A DNA stretch of 64,000 bases from an uncultured Rikenellaceae bacterium. GTDB lineage: Bacteria; Bacteroidota; Bacteroidia; Bacteroidales; VadinHA17. The first letter of the stretch is position 1. Every line of letters starts with the position of its first letter. The stretch spans positions 33,909 through 97,908 of the forward strand of contig CAYMFM010000002.1 in assembly GCA_964389685.1 (NCBI GenBank), read 5' to 3'. Of the stretch, positions 1 to 9,540 are shown one piece after another. A program made the translations under genes and the position numbers. The notes under the pieces are model-generated. The model made no database searches, was not told where the DNA came from, and saw nothing but the letters and a program-made list of their open reading frames with translations.

Positions 1-788
1 GATCTGTAGCGCTGATTGCCGATGCATGGCATACTGTGAGCGATTCAATATCATCCGTAGTCCTTCTTGTAGGGCTTGCTGTGGCTAAAAAACCAGCTGA
101 TAAAGAACATCCTTTCGGACATGGCAGAGCGGAGTTAATATCTTCTATTATCATCGGTTTTATACTTGCGCTAATCGGATTCAATTTTTTTCGGGAATCG
201 GTCTTGAGATTGATAAAACATCAGGAGGTATTTTTTGGAACAATTGCCATTGTTGTCACAGCAATTTCTATCGTGGTTAAAGAAGCCATGGCACGATTTG
301 CAATTTGGGCCGGTAAAAAAGAGGGTATAAAATCAACCATTGCAGACGGGTGGCATCACCGGTCTGATGCATTATCATCCGTTATCATATTAATTGGAAT
401 ATTTTTAGGAAGATTTTTCTGGTGGATAGACGGAGTGCTTGGGCTCCTGGTGTCTTTATTGATATTTTACACCGCTTATGTAATCATTAAGAGTGCAGCC
501 GATTCACTGTTGGGAGAAACACCGGATAGCACACTGTTAACGAAAATTGAGAACATTGCCAGGGAAGTCTATCCCCACAACCTTGGACTACACCACTTCC
601 ATATACACCGGTATGGTGAACATACTGAAATGACATTCCATATCGTTTTGCCTGAAGAAATGGAACTCAAAGAAGCAGGTAAGTTAACGAGAAGACTGTT
701 TGAGAGAATGAATAACGAATTAAATATCATTGCTACAATACACATTGATACGAGAAGTAATTATATGAAAGAGAGAGAGGACGATTGA
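1..788 (+). CDS. cation diffusion facilitator (CDF) family metal efflux transporter, 5' end cut by window edge
   Basis: The frame stays open from nt 3 (SVALIADAWHTVSDS...), so the GTG at 36 in the ORF track is internal. CDF hallmarks ADAWH..SD, HPFGHGRAE and WHHRSD are present, with TM helices and a C-terminal cytoplasmic domain. Confidence 0.85.
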   Translation, partial: SVALIADAWHTVSDSISSVVLLVGLAVAKKPADKEHPFGHGRAELISSIIIGFILALIGFNFFRESVLRLIKHQEVFFGTIAIVVTAISIVVKEAMARFAIWAGKKEGIKSTIADGWHHRSDALSSVIILIGIFLGRFFWWIDGVLGLLVSLLIFYTAYVIIKSAADSLLGETPDSTLLTKIENIAREVYPHNLGLHHFHIHRYGEHTEMTFHIVLPEEMELKEAGKLTRRLFERMNNELNIIATIHIDTRSNYMKEREDD

Positions 789-825
789 GAAAAACAACCT
801 ATCTTTCATCCATAATTCATCATTC

Positions 826-2301
826 ATGTTTCATCCCATTAAACAACTTGCAGGACAAACAGCCATTTACGGCCTTGGAACAATGATCCCGAGGTTTTTA
901 AACTATGCTCTTCTGACACCATTTTATACGCGTATCTTGGGACTTGGAGAATATGGCGTCCTGACCGAATTGTATGCTTATGTTGTGGTTTTATTGGTGG
1001 TGCTGACCTATGGGATGGAAACGGGATATTTCCGATTTTCGACCTCTGATAAAGAGAAGGATCGAGTATTCAGTACAGCCTGGATTTCCCTGTTTATTAC
1101 ATCAATCTTATTCATTCTGCTGGTAATACTGTTCAATAAACCCATTTCTGACTGGCTGGATTATTCTGCCAACAGAGAGTACATTGTGATTTTTGCCGTT
1201 ATTGTTGGTTTGGATGCTTTTTCAACCATTCCATTTGCAAAGTTAAGAAGGGAAAACCGGGGATTGCGATTTGCAATCATTAAGTTAGTGAATGTTGCAG
1301 TCATCATTGTGCTTGTCTTTTTTTTCCTGCTTTTTGTTCCAAGAGTAGTCGGCAGAAATCCCAACTCCTGGTTGCGGCTGATTTATGCTCCTGATTTTGG
1401 TGTGGGCTATGTTTTTGTTGCAAACCTGGTGGGAAGTACGATTTCACTACTTCTGTTGCTTCCGGAGATCATCAGCACTAAACCGGAATTTAACACAGAA
1501 TTGATGAAGCGGATGTTCCGATATTCATTTCCACTTTTGATTGCGGGACTGGCTGGAACGCTGAATGAAGCACTGGATAAAATCGTATTGAAACATCTGC
1601 TGCCCGAGGATATCGATGCCATGGCTCAACTGGGTATTTATGGTGCCAGTTTCAAAATAGCCGTTTTTCTAAGCCTGTTTATCCAGATGTTCCGGTATGC
1701 TGCTGAACCGTTCTTCTTTGCCAGGGCAAGGGATAAGAATGCAAAAGAACTTTATGCAAGCGTGATGAAATACTTTGTTATTGTCGGCTTGATGATCTTC
1801 TTAGGAATTTCATTATTCATTGAAATAGTAAAATATTTTATAGGACCAAAATTCTGGGTGGGCCTTGATGTGGTTCCGGTCGTTCTTATGGGATACCTGT
1901 TTTATGGGATATTTGTGAATTTGTCAATCTGGTATAAGTTGAATGATCTGACAAAATATGGTGCTATTCTGACCGTGATAGGAGCCATTGTGACTGTAAC
2001 GGTTAATGTGATTTTTGTACCGATTTATGGATATCATGCAAGTGCCTGGGGCCACTTTTTATGCTATCTGGTTATGGTTATTTGTTCCTATTTCATGGGA
2101 AGGCACTATTACCGAATAGATTATCCGATTAAAACCATTGTATTGTACGGAATCATTGCAATTGCACTGTTCATTGTCGATAGGCTTATACAGATTGATA
2201 AGAGGCCCCTGGAACTTGGATTCAATCTTTTGCTATTTGCTATTTTTGCTGGAGTTATATGGGTAAAGGAGAATGTAAGACCGTTGATTTTTAAATTCTG
2301 A
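826..2301 (+). CDS. polysaccharide/oligosaccharide flippase (MOP/Wzx-like polytopic membrane protein)
   Basis: 491 aa with an ATG start, almost entirely hydrophobic helices. The N-terminus AGQTAIYGLGTMIPRFLNYALLTPFYTR resembles Bacteroidota polysaccharide-biosynthesis flippases (recalled, not searched). Confidence 0.7.
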   Translation: MFHPIKQLAGQTAIYGLGTMIPRFLNYALLTPFYTRILGLGEYGVLTELYAYVVVLLVVLTYGMETGYFRFSTSDKEKDRVFSTAWISLFITSILFILLVILFNKPISDWLDYSANREYIVIFAVIVGLDAFSTIPFAKLRRENRGLRFAIIKLVNVAVIIVLVFFFLLFVPRVVGRNPNSWLRLIYAPDFGVGYVFVANLVGSTISLLLLLPEIISTKPEFNTELMKRMFRYSFPLLIAGLAGTLNEALDKIVLKHLLPEDIDAMAQLGIYGASFKIAVFLSLFIQMFRYAAEPFFFARARDKNAKELYASVMKYFVIVGLMIFLGISLFIEIVKYFIGPKFWVGLDVVPVVLMGYLFYGIFVNLSIWYKLNDLTKYGAILTVIGAIVTVTVNVIFVPIYGYHASAWGHFLCYLVMVICSYFMGRHYYRIDYPIKTIVLYGIIAIALFIVDRLIQIDKRPLELGFNLLLFAIFAGVIWVKENVRPLIFKF

Positions 2302-2366
2302 AATGAAAAGGGCTGCACGTTATTAGCGTTGAGGGGGATTAGCAAAAAAACAAAATTATTGAGTAT

Positions 2367-2801
2367 ATGAAAATTCGGATTGTGAATAAATCGAAGCACG
2401 CGCTACCAGGGTATAGCACAAAGTTTTCAGCAGGAATGGATCTTCGTGCGAGCCTGGAACATCCCGTTGTTCTTAAGCCGATGGAACGGTCTTTGATACC
2501 AACAGGGATATTCATTGAATTACCAAAAAATTTTGAAGCACAAATTCGCCCAAGAAGCGGACTGGCATTGAAAAAGGGCATTACTGTCTTGAATACACCG
2601 GGTACTATTGATTCAGATTACAGAGGAGAAATTTGCGTGATATTGATTAACCTTTCAATGGAGGATTTTATTGTGGATGACGGAGAAAGAATATGCCAGA
2701 TGATTATCACAAAACACGAAACGATTGAGTGGGAACCAGTAGATGCTCTGGAATTGACAGATCGTGGAGCCGGGGGATTTGGACATACCGGCAGCGAATA
2801 A
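2367..2801 (+). CDS. dut: dUTP diphosphatase
   Basis: 144 aa. Trimeric dUTPase motifs are visible: [23 protein letters not shown] and a C-terminal [10 protein letters not shown]. Confidence 0.95.
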   Translation: MKIRIVNKSKHALPGYSTKFSAGMDLRASLEHPVVLKPMERSLIPTGIFIELPKNFEAQIRPRSGLALKKGITVLNTPGTIDSDYRGEICVILINLSMEDFIVDDGERICQMIITKHETIEWEPVDALELTDRGAGGFGHTGSE

Positions 2802-2859
2802 ACAGTTATGGATAAAATGTAAGATTGAAAGAAAGAGAGATTCATAAAAAAGAAAAAAG

Positions 2860-4593
2860 ATGAAGCATTGGTACGTTTGGGGTGTAATACTGTTAACTTA
2901 CATTCTTTTAGGCGGTTGTGCGAATAAAACCATACCAGGTAAAACAGAAACGGAAGATAGAGAGCTTACCAGAAAAGAGGAAATTAACTACCAATATGCT
3001 TTTACAGAAGGCATAAAAAAGAAAATAACAGGAAATCTTAGGGAGGCAATTCCATATTTTACAGAGTGCATAAGAATTGATCCCAAGAGTGATGCAGCAC
3101 ACTACGAATTGAGTTCAATACTGACCATGGGTGGGAATTATGTGGAAGCCATTAAATACATGAAAAGAGCAAATGAGATTGATACGCAAAATGTCTGGTA
3201 CAAGATGCAAATGGCAAGCTTATATCATGCTATGGGTATGAGGGATAGTACAATAATGATGTATGAAGAAATCCATGAAAATTACCCGGATAGAACAGAC
3301 CTCTATTTTAATCTGGCAACACTTCATGGAGAATATGGTGATGAGAAAAGAGCACTTAAGATATTTGATGAGCTGGAAGAACAATATGGGTCAAACGAAA
3401 CAATATTGTTGGCAAAGCAGCAGATCTATGCAAAATCAGGAGAATTGGATAAAGCCATTAATGAAGTATTAAAACTCATTAATGCCTATCCAAACGAAGT
3501 GCGGTTTTATGGGATTTTAGCCGAGTTATATTGGTCCGGAAAGCAGGATGAAAAGGCATTGGAAACATACAAGATGCTGTTCACAATCGATCCGGATAAC
3601 GGACTGGGACAATTATCAATGATTGAATATTATAAAAATAGAGGTGAACAGGAAGAGATGTTTGCTATGATAGGCAAACTAATAGATAATGAGACAGTTG
3701 GCGTGAATAAAAAAATTCAGATAATGATTCAATTTTTCACGAATGAGGAAAATTTCAAGAAGAATGAAGTTGGCATTGGAAAAGCAATAGAGGCACTTGC
3801 TAACCGATATCCAGAAGATACAAGAGTAAAAACACTGAAGGCAGATTACCATGTAAAAATGGGTGAGTTTGAACAAGCAGCAGTGGAGTTGAGGTTTGTT
3901 ACACAACGGGGAAAAACAAATTTTATCATATGGGAGCAACTACTTTATGTTGAGAATTCGATTGGAGAGTATGAACGATTGTTTGACGAAACAGGAGAAG
4001 CGATAGAACTTTTTCCAGGAGCCCCAACTGTATACTTAATGAGGGGCATTGCTGCAATGGAGCTTGGAAAAAACAAGGAAGCAATAAAAGCTTTCAAGGA
4101 AGGATTAGAATTGGCTGAAGAGAATCAAGAACTGAAGGTACAATTCTATTCCATGTTAGGCGAAGCCTATAAAAATGATGGTAACAATGAGATGTCAGAT
4201 GCATCATTTCAAAAAGCACTGGATCTGGATAATAAAAACTTGTTTGTACTAAACAATTATAGCTATTATCTGTCTTTGCGGGATGAAAAACTGGATAATG
4301 CTCTGGCCATGAGCAAAAAATGCATTGAAAAAGAGCCAAATAATTCGACATACCTTGATACGTACGCATGGATCCTGTTTAAATTGAAACGGTTCGATAA
4401 GGCAAAAGAGTACATTGAAAAGGCAATCGAAAACAATGGAAGCAATAGTAGCGAGATCGTGGAACACTATGGTGATATATTGATCGTTTTCGGTGAGAAA
4501 GAGAAAGCAGTGATGCAATGGAAGAAAGCAGCTGAACTGGGAGGAGAATCAGAAGAGCTTAAAATAAAAATCGAAAAGGCAGAAAGAGAATAA
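2860..4593 (+). CDS. TPR-repeat lipoprotein
   Basis: 577 aa with a signal peptide and lipobox (LLGGC). The body is tandem 34-aa TPR-like helix pairs. It lies in the dut-TPR-DUF4292-M23 order I recall as conserved in Bacteroidota. Confidence 0.8.
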   Translation: MKHWYVWGVILLTYILLGGCANKTIPGKTETEDRELTRKEEINYQYAFTEGIKKKITGNLREAIPYFTECIRIDPKSDAAHYELSSILTMGGNYVEAIKYMKRANEIDTQNVWYKMQMASLYHAMGMRDSTIMMYEEIHENYPDRTDLYFNLATLHGEYGDEKRALKIFDELEEQYGSNETILLAKQQIYAKSGELDKAINEVLKLINAYPNEVRFYGILAELYWSGKQDEKALETYKMLFTIDPDNGLGQLSMIEYYKNRGEQEEMFAMIGKLIDNETVGVNKKIQIMIQFFTNEENFKKNEVGIGKAIEALANRYPEDTRVKTLKADYHVKMGEFEQAAVELRFVTQRGKTNFIIWEQLLYVENSIGEYERLFDETGEAIELFPGAPTVYLMRGIAAMELGKNKEAIKAFKEGLELAEENQELKVQFYSMLGEAYKNDGNNEMSDASFQKALDLDNKNLFVLNNYSYYLSLRDEKLDNALAMSKKCIEKEPNNSTYLDTYAWILFKLKRFDKAKEYIEKAIENNGSNSSEIVEHYGDILIVFGEKEKAVMQWKKAAELGGESEELKIKIEKAERE

Positions 4594-4604
4594 ACAGGGA
4601 ATCG

Positions 4605-5438
4605 ATGAGGCTTGAGAAAGAAAAAATAGTTTGGATAATCATCGCATTGTTGGTGGGGTGTGGGTTGTATTCCTGCAAAACAACAGAAATGACCACCCGG
4701 ATTGCTCCAAAGGATATTCGTGTGAAAGATATTTCCAGTGCCGCTGTAAAAAGGAGTGATTACATACAGGGTATATGGGTAAAGAAAATTAAGGGCTCAA
4801 TACATAATGGAAACACTGAATTATCATTTAAAGCAAATTATCGCATTAAAAGAGATTCGGTAATTATCATTTCAATACTGAATCCAGTGGGTATAGAAGC
4901 AATTAGAATTTTATGCATACCGGATTCATTTGGATTTATTGACAGAATAAACAAGGAATATTATTATGGAAAATATGAGGTGTTGGAAAAGAAGATTGGA
5001 TATCAAACAAACTTCGGATTAGTTCAGTCGCTGTTACTAAATGAAATTGCAACGGTGTACAAAGAGACGAAAGAAGATTTTTTTAAAAAATATCGAAAAC
5101 TGAATGTTAACAGTAACCATTGCAGTGTATCATTGGATGAATTAAATACAGATGGATATGGAATAGCGAAGATTAGATATGATCTTGAATTTGATCCGAT
5201 TAATTATTATCTGGTGAGGAATAGAATAAGCGACGATAAAGAGAAGAATGAAATTGATATTGTGTATAAGAATTTTAAGGAAGTGGAGCAAACATGGTTT
5301 CCGGGTCTTATAAGTATAAGAATTGAAAATGAAAGAAATCAGATAACATGCAGTTTAGACCTGGACAGGATTACAATAGATACTGATTTTAATACGAACT
5401 TCAGCATTGGTCAAAAGTATAAGAAAATTGACTGGTAA
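4605..5438 (+). CDS. DUF4292-like lipoprotein (LolA/LolB-like fold family, function unproven)
   Basis: 277 aa. The N-terminal hydrophobic leader carries Cys residues (LLVGCGLYSC). Assignment rests on size, position between the TPR and M23 genes, and recalled family resemblance only. Confidence 0.55.
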   Translation: MRLEKEKIVWIIIALLVGCGLYSCKTTEMTTRIAPKDIRVKDISSAAVKRSDYIQGIWVKKIKGSIHNGNTELSFKANYRIKRDSVIIISILNPVGIEAIRILCIPDSFGFIDRINKEYYYGKYEVLEKKIGYQTNFGLVQSLLLNEIATVYKETKEDFFKKYRKLNVNSNHCSVSLDELNTDGYGIAKIRYDLEFDPINYYLVRNRISDDKEKNEIDIVYKNFKEVEQTWFPGLISIRIENERNQITCSLDLDRITIDTDFNTNFSIGQKYKKIDW

Positions 5439-5442
5439 AACC

Positions 5443-6642
5443 ATGAAAATAGCAACGGTAAGGTGGAAAATAACCTTGCTTTGCGTGTTGTTCCTTTCTG
5501 CAGCAACAGGTCATGGACAAAGTAAAAATGAACTGGTACGAAGGAAGGAGGATGCATTGCGCGAGATAAGCTTAACTAATGAATTACTGAAAAGAACGGA
5601 ACGCAACAGAAAAACCTCATTGAATGAATTGATACTGCTGAACCGAAAATTGAGCCTTAGAAACAATGTTATAGAAAACATTAATTTAGAACTTCAATTT
5701 GTTGAGAGACAAATTGAAGAGAACAAAGAATTGATTGGATTGCTGGAAGAAGATTTACAAAAATTGAAGAAGGAATATGCAGATCTGATCTATTCAGCAT
5801 TTAAGAAAAGAGAAAACTACAACAAATTAATATTTGTTTTTGCAGCAAAAGATATAAACCAGGCATACAAACGGATGAAATACCTGCAGCAATATGCGAA
5901 ATATAGAAGAAAACAGGCTGTTGTTATTAAAAGAATGGGTGATCTGATTGCACATAAAGTTAATAAACTGGAGGAATACCGAGAGGAAAAAAGGAGTCTG
6001 TTAGAGCAAAATGAAGGCGAAAAGAGTTACCTGGCGGAGGAGAGAAAGGAGAAAAATACAGCAGTGGTGCAGTTACAAAAAGAAGAAAAGAAACTGAGAA
6101 AACAATTGAAAGAAAAGGAAAGGATAGCAAAAGAATTAGAAAAGGCGATCCAGGAAATTATTGATGAAGAAGCAAGGAAGGTGCGTAATTTTGACCGGCT
6201 GACACCAGAGGAAAAAATGCTAGCCGATAATTTTATAAGCAACAAAGGTAAACTTCCGTGGCCGACAGAAAGGGGTGTTATAATAGGAACATTTGGTATA
6301 CAAGAACATCCGGTGTTGAAAGGTGTAAAAATTGAGAATTTCGGCATTGACATATCTGCGCCGGAAAATGCACTGGCACGAGCAGTTTTTAACGGCGAAG
6401 TGAAAAAAATTATTGGAATTCCGGGAGCAAACCAGGCAGTTATCATTCAGCATGGTAACTATTTTACAGTATATCAAAACCTTGTCGAAGTGCGTGTAAA
6501 TATGGGAGAAATGGTCAAAACAAAACAAGCCCTAGGAAGAGTATTTACTGATCATAACGATGAAAACAAAACAGTACTTAACTTTATGATTTGGGAGGAA
6601 AAGAACAAATTGGATCCAATGCCATGGCTAAGTGGAAATTAA
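5443..6642 (+). CDS. EnvC-like coiled-coil protein with degenerate M23/LytM domain
   Basis: I prefer the ATG at 5443 (MKIATVRWKITLLCVLFLSAA signal) over the overlapping 5407 start. A long coiled coil (aa ~40-260) is followed by a LytM fold (FGIDISAP...IIQHGNYFTVYQNL...VLNFMIWE). The metal-ligand His residues of HxxxD and HxH are replaced by N, Q/N and V/N. Confidence 0.8.
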   Translation: MKIATVRWKITLLCVLFLSAATGHGQSKNELVRRKEDALREISLTNELLKRTERNRKTSLNELILLNRKLSLRNNVIENINLELQFVERQIEENKELIGLLEEDLQKLKKEYADLIYSAFKKRENYNKLIFVFAAKDINQAYKRMKYLQQYAKYRRKQAVVIKRMGDLIAHKVNKLEEYREEKRSLLEQNEGEKSYLAEERKEKNTAVVQLQKEEKKLRKQLKEKERIAKELEKAIQEIIDEEARKVRNFDRLTPEEKMLADNFISNKGKLPWPTERGVIIGTFGIQEHPVLKGVKIENFGIDISAPENALARAVFNGEVKKIIGIPGANQAVIIQHGNYFTVYQNLVEVRVNMGEMVKTKQALGRVFTDHNDENKTVLNFMIWEEKNKLDPMPWLSGN

Positions 6643-6728
6643 AATATGGGAATAAAATGAAACCATTGGAAATTATTCAAGTATAAGTAGATTACCAAAT
6701 CAAACTGAATAAATGAAGTTGGGACATC

Positions 6729-7124
6729 ATGGAAAAGAACATAACGATTGAATCAGAACAGAAAAATATTCGGATCATTGAAAATTTAATAGAGGAAATT
6801 AGTTCACAGGTAGAATTAAGCACCGAGGTGTATGGTAAAGTGATGGTGGCCACAATAGAGGCTGTTAATAATGCCATTATTCACGGGAACAAATCAAACG
6901 CTGAAAAGAAAGTGGATATCCGTTTGGCAGTAAACGATAAAGAGATGCAGATTTTTATTGCAGATGAAGGTGAAGGTTTTGACTATGAAAATGTTCCTGA
7001 TCCTACAGCACCGGAAAATATTGAAAATATTCACGGTAGAGGCGTTTTTCTGATGATACAACTATCGGATGAGGTTCATTTTTTTGAAAACGGATCAAAA
7101 GTTGAATTGATATTTTATATTTGA
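6729..7124 (+). CDS. HATPase_c-type anti-sigma-factor-like Ser/Thr kinase (RsbW/SpoIIAB-like)
   Basis: 131 aa. N-box-like AVNNAIIHGN and G-boxes DEGEGF and GRGVFLM match the small GHKL kinase fold of partner-switching anti-sigma factors. Confidence 0.7.
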   Translation: MEKNITIESEQKNIRIIENLIEEISSQVELSTEVYGKVMVATIEAVNNAIIHGNKSNAEKKVDIRLAVNDKEMQIFIADEGEGFDYENVPDPTAPENIENIHGRGVFLMIQLSDEVHFFENGSKVELIFYI

Positions 7125-7128
7125 AGCG

Positions 7129-7548
7129 TTGAGCATCTATTTTCATAATGAAACGTGTCATTTTAAGTATAGTGAAATAGCAAAAAGTAAAAAATGGCTA
7201 AGGAAGATACTGCGTGAAGAACAGAAAAAGGAAGGCGACATAAACATTATATTTTCTGATAATCATACAATTCTGCAATTAAATAAAACCTATCTTTCAC
7301 GTAACTATTTTACCGACGTAATTGCGTTTCCTTATGCGGAAGGCAAAACGGTTGATGGTGATATATACATCAGTATCGATACGGTAAAAGAAAATGCAAA
7401 ACTCTATAAATGCACCTTTTGGGATGAATTACACCGGGTTATGATTCATGGTTTACTGCACCTTATTGGATACGGTGATAAAACGGCAAAGGAGAAGAAA
7501 GAGATGAGGGAAAAGGAGTCATTTTATTTATCGGAATTCAAGAGTTAA
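7129..7548 (+). CDS. ybeY: rRNA maturation endoribonuclease YbeY
   Basis: 139 aa. Motifs TDVIAFP and HGLLHLIGYGD are present. The only start preceding the conserved N-terminus is the TTG at 7129, 4 nt after the upstream stop. Confidence 0.9.
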   Translation: MSIYFHNETCHFKYSEIAKSKKWLRKILREEQKKEGDINIIFSDNHTILQLNKTYLSRNYFTDVIAFPYAEGKTVDGDIYISIDTVKENAKLYKCTFWDELHRVMIHGLLHLIGYGDKTAKEKKEMREKESFYLSEFKS

Positions 7549-7601
7549 TAGACAGATAATCAAAAGGATACATTAATTAATTGCATCTGGATGATAATGG
7601 T

Positions 7602-7609
7602 TATATTTG
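7602..7609 (+). promoter_or_regulatory. Bacteroidota-type -7 box (TAnnTTTG) upstream of mnmG
   Basis: TATATTTG lies 27 nt upstream of the ATG at 7636. A TTG at 7581-7583 sits at about the -33 spacing. Confidence 0.35.
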
Positions 7610-7635
7610 CATCCCGGTACATAAGATATGTGAAA

Positions 7636-9504
7636 ATGGAGTATGATATAATCGTGGTTGGTGCGGGACACGCAGGTAGCGAAGCAGCAGCAGCAGCAGC
7701 AAATATGGGCTCAAAAGTGCTGCTGATTACAATGGACATGACGAAAATTGCACAAATGTCGTGCAATCCTGCAATGGGGGGAATAGCAAAGGGACAGATA
7801 ATACGGGAAATAGATGCTCTGGGAGGATATTCAGGAATTGTGACGGACCGTTCAATGATTCAGTTTAGGATGTTGAATAAATCGAAAGGACCGGCAATGT
7901 GGAGCCCAAGGGCACAATGCGATAGGATGAAATTTAGCATGGTGTGGAGACAAGTGCTTGAAAGTATTGATAATCTTGATTTTTGGCAGGATACGGTTAA
8001 GGAGATACTGATTGATCATGGAAAAGTTACAGGAGTTTTAACAAACATGAATGTAACATTTAAATGCAAAAGCGTAATACTGACAAGTGGTACTTTTTTA
8101 AATGGGTTGATGCATATTGGGAAAACAAAAATTGAAGGTGGAAGAGCAGCAGAACCACCGGCAATTGGATTATCAAAACAACTGAGAAATACCGGGTTTA
8201 GGGTAGGGAGGTTGAAAACAGGAACACCACCAAGAGCGGATGGCAGGACCATTGATTTTGATCAATTGATTGAACAGACTGGGGACAAGGAGAAGAATTG
8301 TTTTTCTTTTTTGCATGAACGATTCAATATAGAAAACCAGAGAAGTTGCTATATTACTCATACAGATCTGAACGTGCACGGTGTTCTGGAAAAAGGATTG
8401 GTGGATTCACCACTGTTTAATGGAACAATTAAAAGCATTGGACCAAGATATTGTCCAAGTATTGAAGCTAAGATTGTAACCTTTGCAGATAAAGAGAAAC
8501 ATCAGTTGTTCATTGAGCCGGAAGGAAATGATACCATCGAATATTACATCAATGGATTTGCATCATCGTTACCATGGAATATACAGTACCAGGCCTTGAA
8601 AAAAGTAAAAGGAATGGAAAAGGTGAAAATATTCAGGCCGGGATACGCAATCGAATATGACTATTTTGATCCAACACAACTGTTGCATACAATGGAGACG
8701 AAATTGATAGAAAATCTATATTTCGCTGGACAGGTGAACGGAACAACCGGATATGAGGAAGCAGGTGCACAGGGCTTGATCGCTGGGATAAATGCAAGCC
8801 TTAAAATAAAAGAAGAACAGGAGTTTGTATTGGGAAGAGATCAGGCATATATAGGAGTGTTGATCGATGATCTTGTAACAAAAGGGGTGGATGAACCATA
8901 CCGGATGTTTACATCAAGAGCAGAATATAGGATTTTATTACGGCAGGATGATGCAGATTATCGGTTAACTACGTTGGGTTATGATCTGGGAATTGTAAAG
9001 AGAGAGCGATATGAAATCATGAGGAAAAAATATGAATGGCGTGACAAAATATTGAATTTCATAAAAGAGATGAGTATAAAACCGGAATGGGTGAATGAAA
9101 AACTGGTAGAGCTGGGAACAAGCAAAGTAAAACAAGGGGTTAAATTAAAAGAAATTTTGCTAAGGCCGCAGGTGTCGATTTTAGCAATGGCAGAAGTATT
9201 GAATGAATTGAAGAAAATGATTGATCAAATTCCAGAAAGAAAAGAAGAGATACTGGAAAGTGCAGAAATATTAATGAAATACTCGGGATACATTGAGCGT
9301 GAAAAAAGAATTGCTGAAAAGATAAAGCGGTTGGAGCACATAAAAATTGAGAAGGAATTTGATTATGTGAAAATTGCATCCATATCTACGGAGGCAAGAC
9401 AAAAATTGATGAGAATAAAACCAAAAACAATTGGACAAGCATCCAGAATAAGTGGAGTTTCTCCATCAGATATAAGTGTGTTGGTTCTCTATATGGGGCG
9501 ATAA
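7636..9504 (+). CDS. mnmG: tRNA uridine 5-carboxymethylaminomethyl modification enzyme MnmG (GidA)
   Basis: The ATG at 7636 gives MEYDIIVVGAGHAGSEAA (FAD GxGxxG at the N-terminus). Full-length similarity pattern to GidA is visible (GPRYCPSIE, FFAGQVNGTTGYEEA). Confidence 0.95.
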   Translation: MEYDIIVVGAGHAGSEAAAAAANMGSKVLLITMDMTKIAQMSCNPAMGGIAKGQIIREIDALGGYSGIVTDRSMIQFRMLNKSKGPAMWSPRAQCDRMKFSMVWRQVLESIDNLDFWQDTVKEILIDHGKVTGVLTNMNVTFKCKSVILTSGTFLNGLMHIGKTKIEGGRAAEPPAIGLSKQLRNTGFRVGRLKTGTPPRADGRTIDFDQLIEQTGDKEKNCFSFLHERFNIENQRSCYITHTDLNVHGVLEKGLVDSPLFNGTIKSIGPRYCPSIEAKIVTFADKEKHQLFIEPEGNDTIEYYINGFASSLPWNIQYQALKKVKGMEKVKIFRPGYAIEYDYFDPTQLLHTMETKLIENLYFAGQVNGTTGYEEAGAQGLIAGINASLKIKEEQEFVLGRDQAYIGVLIDDLVTKGVDEPYRMFTSRAEYRILLRQDDADYRLTTLGYDLGIVKRERYEIMRKKYEWRDKILNFIKEMSIKPEWVNEKLVELGTSKVKQGVKLKEILLRPQVSILAMAEVLNELKKMIDQIPERKEEILESAEILMKYSGYIEREKRIAEKIKRLEHIKIEKEFDYVKIASISTEARQKLMRIKPKTIGQASRISGVSPSDISVLVLYMGR

Positions 9505-9527
9505 TGTTCCACGTGGAACAATTTTTT
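9505..9527 (+). terminator. Rho-independent terminator candidate after mnmG (perfect 16-bp palindrome plus T-tract)
   Basis: TGTTCCACGTGGAACA (9505-9520) starts 1 nt after the mnmG stop. It can fold as a 6-bp stem with an ACGT loop and is followed by ATTTTTT. Confidence 0.6.
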
Positions 9528-9540
9528 AAAAAATAAATCC

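Noticed and set aside
7684-7701. (GCA)6 trinucleotide repeat inside mnmG
   Set aside because: It is in frame and encodes the Ala run in AGSEAAAAAANMG of the FAD-binding helix. It is short and any slippage would stay in frame, so there is no evidence of phase variation.
2860-9504. Lower GC than the rest of the window. Hand counts of single 60-nt lines: 3001-3060 = 18/60, 4201-4260 = 17/60, 9001-9060 = 19/60. For comparison, 26581-26640 = 36/60 and 11701-11760 = 28/60.
   Set aside because: These genes (TPR, DUF4292-like, EnvC-like, ybeY, mnmG) are core genes in an arrangement I recall as conserved. They encode Lys/Glu/Asn/Ile-rich repeat or coiled-coil proteins, so amino-acid composition explains the dip better than horizontal transfer. 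Only spot counts were made, and a sliding-window GC or tetranucleotide analysis would be needed.
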